Shown: positions 53,500 through 64,000, numbered from the stretch's first letter. The stretch: 64,000 nt of DNA from Yuukianura sp. NJ FZ-2021 (GCA_046563655.1 CM102287.1:434001-498000), one strand, 5' to 3'. The notes: generated by a model not told the origin, from the letters alone. Numbers and translations: made by a program.

Positions 53500-55450
53500 T
53501 GTAATTTCGATAACTCCAGAAAAAATAAGAGCCTATTCGAATCCAAGAAAACTGACTTTCCGAATCGACACAACCGCAAATTTCAGAGGATGAGGACAGA
53601 CTATGGTATTCTATATATCTATTGGGTCGTAAATCCAACTAGATATTACCAATAAACGTTATCCCAATTGCTAAACAAGACTCTAAATTCAATACTCAAT
53701 TCTCACGGAGGAGCAAAGAAGAATACGTCTGATCTGATCAATGTCTGGATGAACTCTCTTTTATTTTTACTTAAACTGAACCTTACTTAGACAGAAAAGA
53801 CTTATACTAGAAGTACTAACAGATGAGTGAACTGACTGATAAGGGAACGGACTGGTAAGGAAACTGACTGAAGGATCTGACTGAGGGGTGTAATCTGTCG
53901 GACTGGTTCTGTGGTGTAGTTAGGTTGAGAAAGTGACGGAGTTCTGTTGACGGAGTACTGACGGAGAAGGTCTGTAGAGGGTGCCCTGGGAAATACTTAA
54001 GTTGAGTAACTGTCAGAGGTCTGCTGAGGATTGTGACGGACGAAGTCTGTCGGGGGAGCTCCGTGAAATACTTGACTTAAGTGTTTGCCGGAGGTCTGCT
54101 GAGTTGCGACGGAGAAAGTCTGTCGGAAGAGCTCCGTCGAATAGTTGAGTTAAGTATCTGAATAAGTCGGCCAGACTTGTGACGGACCAAGTCTGTCGGA
54201 GCAAGTCTGGCAAATAGTTGAGTTGGATATCTGGAATAGTCGGCCGACAGACTTGTGACAGACCAAGTCTGTCGGAGCAAGTCTGCCAAATAGTTGAGTT
54301 GAGTATCTGGACGAGTGAGTCTACAGACTTGCGACAGACCAAGTCTGTCGGAGCAAGTCTGCCGAGTAGCTGAGTTGACAATCTGGAGGAGGTCGGTCTA
54401 CAGACTTGCGAACGACCAAGTCTGTAGGAGCAAGTCTGCCAAATAGCTGAGTTGAGAATCTGGACGAGGTCGGGCTACAGACTTGCGAAAGACCAAGTCT
54501 GTAGGAGCAAGTCTGCCAAATAGCTGAGTTGAGAATCTGGACGAGGTCGGGCTACAGACTTGCGAAAGACCAAGTCTGTAGGAGCAAGTCTGCCGGGTAG
54601 CTGAGTTGACAATTTGGACGAGGTCGGTCTACAGACTTGCGAGCGACCAAGTCTGTAGGAGCAAGTCTGTCGAGTAGCTAAGTTGACAATTTGGACGAGG
54701 TCGGTCTACAGACTTGCGAAAGACCAAGTCTGTAGGAGCAAGTCTGCCGAGTAGCTGAGTTGAGAATTTGGACGAGGTCGGTCTACAGACTTGCGAAAGA
54801 CCAAGTCTGTAGGAGCAAGTCTGCCGAGTACTTAAGTTGACAAATTGGACGACGTCGGTCTACAGACTTGCGGAAGACCAAGTCTGTAGGAGCAAGTCTG
54901 TCAAATACTGAAGTTGAGAATCTGGCCGACAGACTTCTGGACGACCAAGTCTGTAGGAGCAAGTCTGTCAAATACTGAAGTTGAGAATCTGGCCGACAGA
55001 CTTCTGGACGACCAAGTCTGTAGGAGCAAGTCTGTCAAATACTGAAGTTGAGAATCTGGCCGACAGACTTCTGGACGACCAAGTCTGTAGGAGCAAGTCT
55101 GTCAAATACTGAAGTTGAGAATCTGGCCGACAGACTTCTGGACGACCAACTCTGTCGGAGGACTTGAGACACCTAAGTTGATAAAGTGGCCGAGGTCCGC
55201 TGAGAAAGCTCTAAGTCGGTGACAGACTTCTGGGAATAGGTTAGGTTACGCTGGAGGTGAAACTTATAACTATGGGAGGGAATCTGAAATCTCACTGATG
55301 AAAGGGACAAAATGTGTATGCATAACCTATACTATATCTATAAGAAAAAACTAGTATATACTCTAACTACGGGCACGTCCATAAGGGGAGGGTTGACGAT
55401 CACTCTAAATTAAATTACTAGGAAAAAATAAAAAGGACATCGTCATTACA
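53500..55450 (-). repeat. 3' LTR (1951 bp)
   Basis: Direct repeat of 59261-61344 with TG...CA ends. AATAAA on the minus strand near 53760-53765. Confidence 0.96.
53970..55160. repeat. Tandem hairpin minisatellite in the 3' LTR (degenerate ~72-76-bp units, then 7 x 77 bp, then ~4 x 67 bp)
   Basis: 77-bp units start at 54361, 54438, 54515, 54592, 54669, 54746 and 54823. 67-bp units start at 54900, 54967, 55034 and 55101. Core is ACAGACTT-N10-AAGTCTGT. The left boundary is approximate. Confidence 0.93.
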
Positions 55451-55459
55451 CTCCTCCCC
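55451..55459 (-). promoter_or_regulatory. Polypurine tract (GGGGAGGAG) abutting the 3' LTR
   Basis: The minus strand reads GGGGAGGAG|TGTAATG. Confidence 0.9.
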
Positions 55460-55502
55460 GTATGAACGTGCACGTTCATACTAAAAACTAAGCGATGTCT
55501 TC

Positions 55503-55852
55503 TTACTGATTTACTTTGAGGACGCACAGTTTGGTAGCTGCTTTGGAGAACTGGAGGGAGTAACACCTTGGAATCCTGAACGAAGAAATCTTCTGTAGAT
55601 CTTCAATCCAATCTTTCCACTTGATCCAAAGCGACTGTGGCAGGATGTCGTCCCATCCAATTCCGGCTCGCCATGCCAGTTGCAGAAGGATCTTCGCTTT
55701 TACGGTCAGAACTGCTGCAAATCCCAGTGGGTCGAAGACTGACATGACGACTGACAGGGCTTCTCTCTTTGTTGGGGACTCCTCCCCGTTGAGGATCTCC
55801 TTCCTGACCTTGAAAAACTGGTTGAAAATGTGAAGAAGTCCTCGCCGGGGTT
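55503..55852 (-). pseudogene. pol: Disrupted pol remainder: post-RT Pao region fused to the apparent extreme C-terminus of integrase
   Basis: PTKREALSVVMSVFDPLG...IGWDD...IPRCY is the conserved BEL/Pao segment just before RNase H. It runs directly into ATKLCVLKV*, which resembles the BEL pol C-terminus. It is separated from the main ORF by a TGA and a frameshift. Confidence 0.8.
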
Positions 55853-58800
55853 TCACTCTAGTCCAAGAATCCGTTCACTGGCAATGGTATCCTTGGTACC
55901 AAATGACTTCTGAGATTTGGAGCGGAGGTCCTCTGGGATCTGCTGAATGAAGTGTGGGTTGTTGGAGGCCCAGTTACATAGTTGGAATCCTCCGTGTTTC
56001 TGGATCTTGAAAACTTCTTGGAAGTAAATGAAGGCCTTTGCTGTAGTGTCACATGAGTCTAGCAAATCATCCACGTAGTGACGAGACACAATAGCGTCTA
56101 CTGCTCTCGGAAATCTTGTGGCGAACTGCAAAGCATTTTCCCTTTTGACGAGTTGAGCACAGTAGGGTGAACACGTAGCTCCAAACGTCATAACCTTCAT
56201 CTTGTACTGATCTGGTGGCTGGTCTCGATCCATTCCCCTCCAGAGGATCCGCTGGCTGAGTTGGTCATCTTCCTTCATCTGAACTTGGTGGAACATTTCT
56301 TTGATGTCCGCTGTGATGGCAACTCTTCTCTCTCGGAATTTGCAAAGAACTGATGGCATGGGCTTCAGAATGTCTGGTCCGCTGTAAAGCACTGAGTTGA
56401 GACTAACCCCGTGGCTAGTAGCTGCTGCGTCGAAGACCAATCTGAGTTTCTCTGGCTTACTAGCCTTGCTGACACCGAAGTGGGGAAGGAACCAGGTCCT
56501 TGGAGTTATCTTCTCAGCTTCTTCTGGGGACATCTTCTGCAGGTAACCTGAGTCAACATAATGCTGGATGTTGTCACAGTACTTCTTGGCATAGACTGGG
56601 TCTTTGTCGAGCTTCCGTTCGATTGAAGAGAGGCGTTGGAGAGCCATGGCCTTGCTTTCGGGTAGAGTGGCAGTCTCATCCTTCCAGAGTAAGCCAATCT
56701 CGTACCTATGTCCGACTCGTCTCAAGGTTCTCATGGCGATTTCCTCAGCTCTCTGTTCGTCTGCAGTGTATGGAGAAGAGTTAGTTGGCCTGACGCCAAA
56801 TTCTTCCGTACTGAAATAGCTCTTCACCAACTGATGTAAAGGATCTGGGTCTGTAACAGTGTAGATTCCATTCACGTAGGTTACGCTCTTGCACTCTTCT
56901 GGTAGGGCCATCTTTCCGTAGACCATCCAACCCAATGGTGTCTTTCCCGCTGCTGGACTGTTCTGACGACCTCGCCGGACTTCTGTAGGGGTAATTAACT
57001 CATGGTGCGGGAGGCCAATCAGGATCTTCGGGTGAACATCTGAGTACAAGGGAAGGGGAAGTCCATCTAAATGCTTCCACTGCTTCAGTTGTGACGGTGA
57101 GACAGTTCCACCACGAAGAGTTAGCGAAGGAAATGTACGAACATCGGTCATCTTGAATGTATCTCCGGAAGACGGATTCACAATGGTGAGCGACACGGAG
57201 CGTGAATGAATCTCAGCTCCCTGACTATTACTGATAGTAGAAAAACCCAGAGGTTGTTTCTTACCGGGAAGTTGAAGCTGACTGGCAAGTTCCTCGTCCA
57301 ACAAGGTGTACGCGGATCCTGGGTCCAACAAGGCGTAGGTTGAGATTTCACCTTTCGGACCACGAAGTGTGACTGGAAGAACTTGATAGGTGATCTGACT
57401 GGACACATGGAGTTGGAGTGGCACAACATGGTTGGTAGCGGCGGCTGCAGTTGCTGTTGCAGATGCGGCTGGGCGATGTAACAAAGAGTGGTGGAAGTAA
57501 CTACAGTCTCCTACTGTGCACTTCTTTTTGCTTCTGCAGTCCTTTGTTCCATGGCCAAAGTTGAGACACCCATAGCAGAGTTTTCTATCCTTGACTGTTT
57601 TGAGACGGGCTTCAAGGCTGCATTTCTTGAATTGGTCACAAGCTTGAATTCGATGTCCATCTGTCTGGCAATGCTGACATCGAACGGTTTTAGGAGTAGA
57701 AGACTGCTGCTGTTGCGCTGAAGTTTCTGTAGATGTCTTGGCGGCGGGTTGAGCGGGACTGGAGGTTTCTGTAGTGAAGACCGATCTGGTAGTCTGCTTC
57801 TCTGCTCTGGTTTTCTCTTGCTTCACGTTGGGAGCTACCAGTCTCTCCGCAATGTCCACCTTCTTTCGGATCCATTCTTCAAACACAATAAGGGATGTAG
57901 TGTCATCGTCGTGGGTCTTCATCCATTTCTCCTTCATGGAGACCGGCAACTTAGCGATGAGGCCGTCAAGTAACTGTGGGTTCTCTAGGTAGATTTGCGA
58001 CTTGAATCCTTTCAGCGTCTCGACTAAGTTCCGGACGTATCTTCCGAAGTTCATGACGGAGACCAAATCGTTTTCTTTCATGTTGGGAACAGTCTGAAGT
58101 TTGGACAAATGATAGTTGATGATTTGTTTCTTGCGGCCGAACCTGTTCTCTAAGACCGTCAAGATTCTGGATACGTTTTCTGGATCGTCTAGAAGACATT
58201 CAACTTCCTTGTAGGCTTCTCCCTTCAAACATCGACGGAGACGATGGAGATTCTCGTAATCTGAAAACTCGCATTTCTGTGATGACTGGGTATACGCTGT
58301 GTGGAAAATCATCCACTCTTCTGGTCTTCCGTTGAACTGAGGGAGATCTGTTCCGTAGGCTTTTCTTGCCAACACCTTTTCAGATGTGGAGGGAGTAACT
58401 ACCGGCTTCATCTGTTCCAAAGCCTTTCCGAGGGCAGCGGCAATCACTTCTCCCAACTGGACAATTTCGGACTTCTGCTCTGACACACGAATGGATGTTG
58501 GAGGTGAAGATGCTTTGTTCGAGTGATTTGACGGGATGCGTGAAGGTACTGGTGACGGTGGATCTGCTGGAACGGCATTGACCCAATCCTGGGTGCTCCT
58601 CTGGTGGATCACTGGACGGCTGATCAATGGTTTGGTGGGCTCTAGGAGCCCCATCTCCTCCAACAAATCTTCCTCTTCATCGGCCAGATCTTCTAGCTCC
58701 TTCTGTAACTTCAGCTCGATGATCATCTTATCTTCTTCTGCTGCTTTTCTCACTCGTTCTGCTTCCATCTCGGCAAGCTTCTTCTCTTGTTCGATGAACT

Positions 58801-59056
58801 TCGTCTGACGATCGGCTTCTGCCTGGGCAGCCTTTCTCTCTTCTTCCAGGATCTTGATGCGTGCTGATAATCTGAGTTCACGTTCCTTGCGTCTGATAAC
58901 TGATTTCACCGACGTGTGACTGACGTGCGAAGAAACGCTGCGGGCATCTTCGTCTCTCTCTCCGGCGACAAAGGGCAAAGTCCCTGAAGACCGGCTGACA
59001 TCTGCCTCCACTTCCTGATCCGTGGTCTCATCTGGTATTTTCTGGCGTTCGGCCAT
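55853..59056 (-). CDS. gag-pol: BEL/Pao gag-protease-RT polyprotein, prematurely terminated
   Basis: N-terminal coiled coil. DUF1759-like DLPQFNGRPEEW..F. Three Zn knuckles (CQHC..H..C, CYGC..H..C, CTVGDC..HH..LH). Protease ALLDPGS. RT motifs LPHFGV, LRLVFDAA, ADIKEMFHQV, FGATCSP and YVDD. Ends ILGLE* where BEL proteins have LGL.W. Confidence 0.93.
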   Translation of the reverse strand: MAERQKIPDETTDQEVEADVSRSSGTLPFVAGERDEDARSVSSHVSHTSVKSVIRRKERELRLSARIKILEEERKAAQAEADRQTKFIEQEKKLAEMEAERVRKAAEEDKMIIELKLQKELEDLADEEEDLLEEMGLLEPTKPLISRPVIHQRSTQDWVNAVPADPPSPVPSRIPSNHSNKASSPPTSIRVSEQKSEIVQLGEVIAAALGKALEQMKPVVTPSTSEKVLARKAYGTDLPQFNGRPEEWMIFHTAYTQSSQKCEFSDYENLHRLRRCLKGEAYKEVECLLDDPENVSRILTVLENRFGRKKQIINYHLSKLQTVPNMKENDLVSVMNFGRYVRNLVETLKGFKSQIYLENPQLLDGLIAKLPVSMKEKWMKTHDDDTTSLIVFEEWIRKKVDIAERLVAPNVKQEKTRAEKQTTRSVFTTETSSPAQPAAKTSTETSAQQQQSSTPKTVRCQHCQTDGHRIQACDQFKKCSLEARLKTVKDRKLCYGCLNFGHGTKDCRSKKKCTVGDCSYFHHSLLHRPAASATATAAAATNHVVPLQLHVSSQITYQVLPVTLRGPKGEISTYALLDPGSAYTLLDEELASQLQLPGKKQPLGFSTISNSQGAEIHSRSVSLTIVNPSSGDTFKMTDVRTFPSLTLRGGTVSPSQLKQWKHLDGLPLPLYSDVHPKILIGLPHHELITPTEVRRGRQNSPAAGKTPLGWMVYGKMALPEECKSVTYVNGIYTVTDPDPLHQLVKSYFSTEEFGVRPTNSSPYTADEQRAEEIAMRTLRRVGHRYEIGLLWKDETATLPESKAMALQRLSSIERKLDKDPVYAKKYCDNIQHYVDSGYLQKMSPEEAEKITPRTWFLPHFGVSKASKPEKLRLVFDAAATSHGVSLNSVLYSGPDILKPMPSVLCKFRERRVAITADIKEMFHQVQMKEDDQLSQRILWRGMDRDQPPDQYKMKVMTFGATCSPYCAQLVKRENALQFATRFPRAVDAIVSRHYVDDLLDSCDTTAKAFIYFQEVFKIQKHGGFQLCNWASNNPHFIQQIPEDLRSKSQKSFGTKDTIASERILGLE

Positions 59057-59242
59057 AGCTGAAAACAGTGGCTGGAATTAGATTTGTCACGAAAAGTAGT
59101 GTTTGGGACGATATCACCTTTTCCAGAGCCCTGTAGGTTTTTTGGAGCTGGCTCGGTGCTCACATAGACTTTGTAAAAAAGTGATGTCTTGACTTCAATG
59201 GGATGTCTTCCTCGGCTGGCTGCTCGTCGGAGGGCTGGCTCG

Positions 59243-59260
59243 ATCCGGTTCGAAGGACCA
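59243..59260 (-). promoter_or_regulatory. Primer binding site, tRNA-Tyr-like (TGGTCCTTCGAACCGGAT)
   Basis: Immediately follows the 5' LTR. Complementary to the eukaryotic tRNA-Tyr 3' end as I recall it (...CCGGCTCGAAGGACCA) apart from one position. Confidence 0.85.
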
Positions 59261-61344
59261 TGTAATTTCGATAACTCCAGAAAAAATAAGAGCCTATTCG
59301 AATCCAAGAAAACTGACTTTCCGAATCGACACAACCGCAAATTTCAGAGGATGAGGACAGACTATGGTATTCTATATATCTATTGGGTCGTAAATCCAAC
59401 TAGATATTACCAATAAACGTTATCCCAATTGCTAAACAAGACTCTAAATTCAATACTCAATTCTCACGGAGGAGCAAAGAAGAATACGTCTGATCTGATC
59501 AATGTCTGGATGAACTCTCTTTTATTTTTACTTAAACTGAACCTTACTTAGACAGAAAAGACTTATACTAGAAGTACTAACAGATGAGTGAACTGACTGA
59601 TAAGGGAACGGACTGGTAAGGAAACTGACTGAAGGATCTGACTGAGGGGTGTAATCTGTCGGACTGGTTCTGTGGTGTAGTTAGGTTGAGAAAGTGACGG
59701 AGTTCTGTTGACGGAGTACTGACGGAGAAGGTCTGTAGAGGGTGCCCTGGGAAATACTTAAGTTGAGTAACTGTCAGAGGTCTGCTGAGGATTGTGACGG
59801 ACGAAGTCTGTCGGGGGAGCTCCGTGAAATACTTGACTTAAGTGTTTGCCGGAGGTCTGCTGAGTTGCGACGGAGAAAGTCTGTCGGAAGAGCTCCGTCG
59901 AATAGTTGAGTTAAGTATCTGAATAAGTCGGCCAGACTTGTGACGGACCAAGTCTGTCGGAGCAAGTCTGGCAAATAGTTGAGTTGGATATCTGGAATAG
60001 TCGGCCGACAGACTTGTGACAGACCAAGTCTGTCGGAGCAAGTCTGCCAAATAGTTGAGTTGAGTATCTGGACGAGTGAGTCTACAGACTTGCGACAGAC
60101 CAAGTCTGTCGGAGCAAGTCTGCCGAGTAGCTGAGTTGACAATCTGGAGGAGGTCGGTCTACAGACTTGCGAACGACCAAGTCTGTAGGAGCAAGTCTGC
60201 CAAATAGCTGAGTTGAGAATCTGGACGAGGTCGGGCTACAGACTTGCGAAAGACCAAGTCTGTAGGAGCAAGTCTGCCAAATAGCTGAGTTGAGAATCTG
60301 GACGAGGTCGGGCTACAGACTTGCGAAAGACCAAGTCTGTAGGAGCAAGTCTGCCGGGTAGCTGAGTTGACAATTTGGACGAGGTCGGTCTACAGACTTG
60401 CGAGCGACCAAGTCTGTAGGAGCAAGTCTGTCGAGTAGCTAAGTTGACAATTTGGACGAGGTCGGTCTACAGACTTGCGAAAGACCAAGTCTGTAGGAGC
60501 AAGTCGCCGAGTAGCTGAGTTGAGAATTTGGACGAGGTCGGTCTACAGACTTGCGAAAGACCAAGTCTGTAGGAGCAAGTCTGCCGAGTACTTAAGTTGA
60601 CAAATTGGACGACGTCGGTCTACAGACTTGCGGAAGACCAAGTCTGTAGGAGCAAGTCTGTCAAATACAGAAGTTGAGAATCTGGCCGACAGACTTCTGG
60701 ACGACCAAGTCTGTAGGAGCAAGTCTGTCAAATACTGAAGTTGAGAATCTGGCCGACAGACTTCTGGACGACCAAGTCTGTAGGAGCAAGTCTGTCAAAT
60801 ACTGAAGTTGAGAATCTGGCCGACAGACTTCTGGACGACCAAGTCTGTAGGAGCAAGTCTGTCAAATACTGAAGTTGAGAATCTGGCCGACAGACTTCTG
60901 GACGACCAAGTCTGTAGGAGCAAGTCTGTCAAATACTGAAGTTGAGAATCTGGCCGACAGACTTCTGGACGACCAAGTCTGTAGGAGCAAGTCTGTCAAA
61001 TACTGAAGTTGAGAATCTGGCCGACAGACTTCTGGACGACCAACTCTGTCGGAGGACTTGAGACACCTAAGTTGATAAAGTGGCCGAGGTCCGCTGAGAG
61101 AGCTCTAAGTCGGTGACAGACTTCTGGGAATAGGTTAGGTTACGCTGGAGGTGAAACTTATAACTATGGGAGGGAATCTGAAATCTCACTGATGAAAGGG
61201 ACAAAATGTGTATGCATAACCTATACTATATCTATAAGAAAAAACTAGTATATACTCTAACTACGGGCACGTCCATAAGGGGAGGGTTGACGATCACTCT
61301 AAATTAAATTACTAGGAAAAAATAAAAAGGACATCGTCATTACA
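59261..61344 (-). repeat. 5' LTR (2084 bp)
   Basis: Copy of 53500-55450 with two extra 67-bp units, one 1-bp deletion (~60506) and two substitutions seen by eye (~60669, ~61100). Confidence 0.96.
59730..61054. repeat. Tandem hairpin minisatellite in the 5' LTR (7 x ~77 bp, then ~6 x 67 bp)
   Basis: 67-bp units start at 60660, 60727, 60794, 60861, 60928 and 60995. The left boundary is approximate. Confidence 0.93.
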
Positions 61345-64000
61345 CCCTCACTACAGATACCAACCAGTACTCATTTTGACACTATGAATCACAATGACTC
61401 CGACGGCAATGGAACTTCAGGGGTTCCCATTATTACATTTTCTAAATCAAAATCGAACATTCAGCATTATTTGTTATTTTGATTAAAATTTTTAGGAAAT
61501 ACTTTTTTATGTCATACTAGCACCTTGCACTTAAAATAAAGCACACCTGAATAACTGGTGTTCAACAATAATCTGGAATTATATTTTAGCCCAACTCCAC
61601 TATGCAACAAGTGCATAAATCTAACTGTCATTTTGGTATAAACTAATGTGGGAACTATACAACGAAGTTTTAAACATACTGAAAAGTGGAATTTATGCCT
61701 TGTTATCGCTTATAACCATCTGCAAGGAACGCATGTAATACCGGTCCACTTTGTCGTAGTGCATCAACGACTATTACACACGGTGAACCACTTGTTGTCA
61801 GCCTTCATTTTTGAGCACAAAGGAGAAGTGCCGGTGAAATGACAAGCTCGCCCTCACTACAGATACCAGCCAGTACTCATTTTGACACTATGAATCACAA
61901 TGACTCCGACGGCAATGGAACTTCAGGGGATCCCATTATTACATTTTCTAAATCAAAATCGAACATTCAGCATTATTTGTTATTTTGATTAAAATTTTTA
62001 GGAAATACTTTTTTATGTCATACTACCACCTTGCACTTCCAATAAAGCACACCTGAATAACTGGTGTTCAACAATAATCTGGAATGATATTTTAGCCCAA
62101 CTCCACTATGCAACAAGTGCATAAATCTAACTGTCATTTTGGTATAAACTAATGTGGGAACTATACAACGAAGTTTTAAACATACTGAAAAGTGGAATTT
62201 ATGCCTTGTTATCGCTTATAACCATCTGCAAGGAACGCATCTAATACCGGTCCACTTTGTCGTAGTGCATCAACGACTATTACACACGGTGAACCACTTG
62301 TTGTCAGCCTTCATCTTTGAGCACCAAGGAGAAGTGCCGGTGAAATTACAAGCTCGCCCTCACTACAGATACCAACCAGTACTCATTTTGACACTATGAA
62401 TCACAATGACTCCGACGGCAATGGAACTTCAGGGGTTCCCATTATTACATTTTCTAAATCAAAATCGAACATTCAGCATTATTTGTTATTTTGATTAAAA
62501 TTTTTAGGAAATACTTTTTTATGTCATACTACCACCTTGCACTTCCAATAAAGCACACCTGAATAACTGGTGTTCAACAATAATCTGGAATTATATTTTA
62601 GCCCAACTCCACTATGCAACAAGTGCATAAATCTAACTGTCATTTTGGTATGAACTAATGTGGGAACTATACAACGAAGTTTTAAACATACTGAAAAGTG
62701 GAATTTATGCCTTGTTATCGCTTATAACCATCTGCAAGGAACGCATGTAATACCGGTCCACTTTGTCGTAGTGCATCAACGACTATTACACACGGTGAAC
62801 CACTTGTTGTCAGCCTTCATTTTTGAGCACAAAGGAGAAGTGCCGGTGAAATGACAAGCTCGCCCTCACTACAGATACCAGCCAGTACTCATTTTGACAC
62901 TATGAATCACAATGACTCCGACGGCAATGGAACTTCAGGGGATCCCATTATTACATTTTCTAAATCAAAATCGAACATTCAGCATTATTTGTTATTTTGA
63001 TTAAAATTTTTAGGAAATACTTTTTTATGTCATACTACCACCTTGCACTTCCAATAAAGCACACCTGAATAACTGGTGTTCAACAATAATCTGGAATGAT
63101 ATTTTAGCCCAACTCCACTATGCAACAAGTGCATAAATCTAACTGTCATTTTGGTATAAACTAATGTGGGAACTATACAACGAAGTTTTAAACATACTGA
63201 AAAGTGGAATTTATGCCTTGTTATCGCTTATAACCATCTGCAAGGAACGCATGTAATACCGGTCCACTTTGTCGTAGTGCATCAACGACTATTACACACG
63301 GTGAACCACTTGTTGTCAGCCTTCATTTTTGAGCACAAAGGAGAAGTGCCGGTGAAATGACAAGCTCGCCCTCACTACAGATACCAGCCAGTACTCATTT
63401 TGACACTATGAATCACAATGACTCCGACGGCAATGGAACTTCAGGGGATCCCATTATTACATTTTCTAAATCAAAATCGAACATTCAGCATTATTTGTTA
63501 TTTTGATTAAAATTTTTAGGAAATACTTTTTTATGTCATACTACCACCTTGCACTTCCAATAAAGCACACCTGAATAACTGGTGTTCAACAATAATCTGG
63601 AATTATATTTTAGCCCAACTCCACTATGCAACAAGTGCATAAATCTAACTGTCATTTTGGTATAAACTAATGTGGGAACTATACAACGAAGTTTTAAACA
63701 TACTGAAAAGTGGAATTTATGCCTTGTTATCGCTTATAACCATCTGCAAGGAACGCATCTAATACCGGTCCACTTTGTCGTAGTGCATCAACGACTATTA
63801 CACACGGTGAACCACTTGTTGTCAGCCTTCATCTTTGAGCACAAAGGAGAAGTGCCGGTGAAATGACAAGCTCGCCCTCACTACAGATACCAACCAGTAC
63901 TCATTTTGACACTATGAATCACAATGACTCCGACGGCAATGGAACTTCAGGGGTTCCCATTATTACATTTTCTAAATCAAAATCGAACATTCAGCATTAT
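61345..64000. repeat. ~506-bp tandem satellite, block 4 (~5 monomers, continues off the right edge)
   Basis: Resumes in register after the CCCTC TSD. Confidence 0.99.

Larger units (their letters stand above)
53500..61344 (-). mobile_element. BEL/Pao LTR retrotransposon, internally deleted and non-autonomous
   Basis: 7845 bp. 5-bp TSD CCCTC (53495-53499 and 61345-61349). TGTAAT...ATTACA termini, two near-identical LTRs, PBS, PPT and a gag-PR-RT ORF with BEL-type motifs. Confidence 0.96.

Noticed and set aside
53408..54971. ORFs within the LTRs (and their copies at 59160-60731)
   Set aside because: They are translations of the minisatellite or LTR with non-ATG or arbitrary starts and no domain signal. 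No env-like ORF is supported.
53970..55160. CRISPR-like array (palindromic repeats with variable intervening sequence)
   Set aside because: The intervening sequences are homologous to each other rather than unique spacers. The array lies inside both LTRs of a eukaryotic retrotransposon and there are no cas genes.
55853..55855. Programmed readthrough of the TGA in BEL pol
   Set aside because: It replaces a conserved Trp and is followed by a frameshift and a large deletion. BEL gag-pol is normally one ORF, so simple inactivation is more parsimonious.
55621..59416. Short overlapping ORFs within the BEL internal region
   Set aside because: Shadow frames of gag-pol without independent motifs.
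472..63866. ~100 copies of a 63-114 aa ORF (MGTIQRSFKHTEKW...) as a tandem gene family
   Set aside because: It starts at GTG rather than ATG, has no recognisable domain, and the stop is polymorphic (TGA/TTA) with frameshifted copies. Variants often change amino acids. The frames I translated on both strands contain stops. This is best explained as a by-product of the satellite.

Overview
Eukaryotic (probably invertebrate animal) repeat DNA with no ordinary host genes. The window is a head-to-tail ~506-bp satellite array of about 100 monomers, running off both edges and interrupted by three mobile elements of different classes. (1) A ~1.04-kb non-autonomous Helentron/DINE-1-like (HINE) element at 9439-10479. 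(2) An intact 3.7-kb CRE-like non-LTR retrotransposon (RT plus restriction-like endonuclease) at 31299-35003 with a 15-bp TSD. (3) A 7.8-kb BEL/Pao LTR retrotransposon on the minus strand at 53500-61344, with ~2-kb hairpin-repeat LTRs and a disrupted, internally deleted pol. The most unusual object is the CRE-like element. Its N-terminus looks like an RFX winged-helix DNA-binding domain rather than zinc fingers or Myb, two canonical RFX X-box motifs lie around its start codon, and its poly(A) tract is at the 5' rather than the 3' end. All domain calls are by-eye motif recognition; no searches were run.
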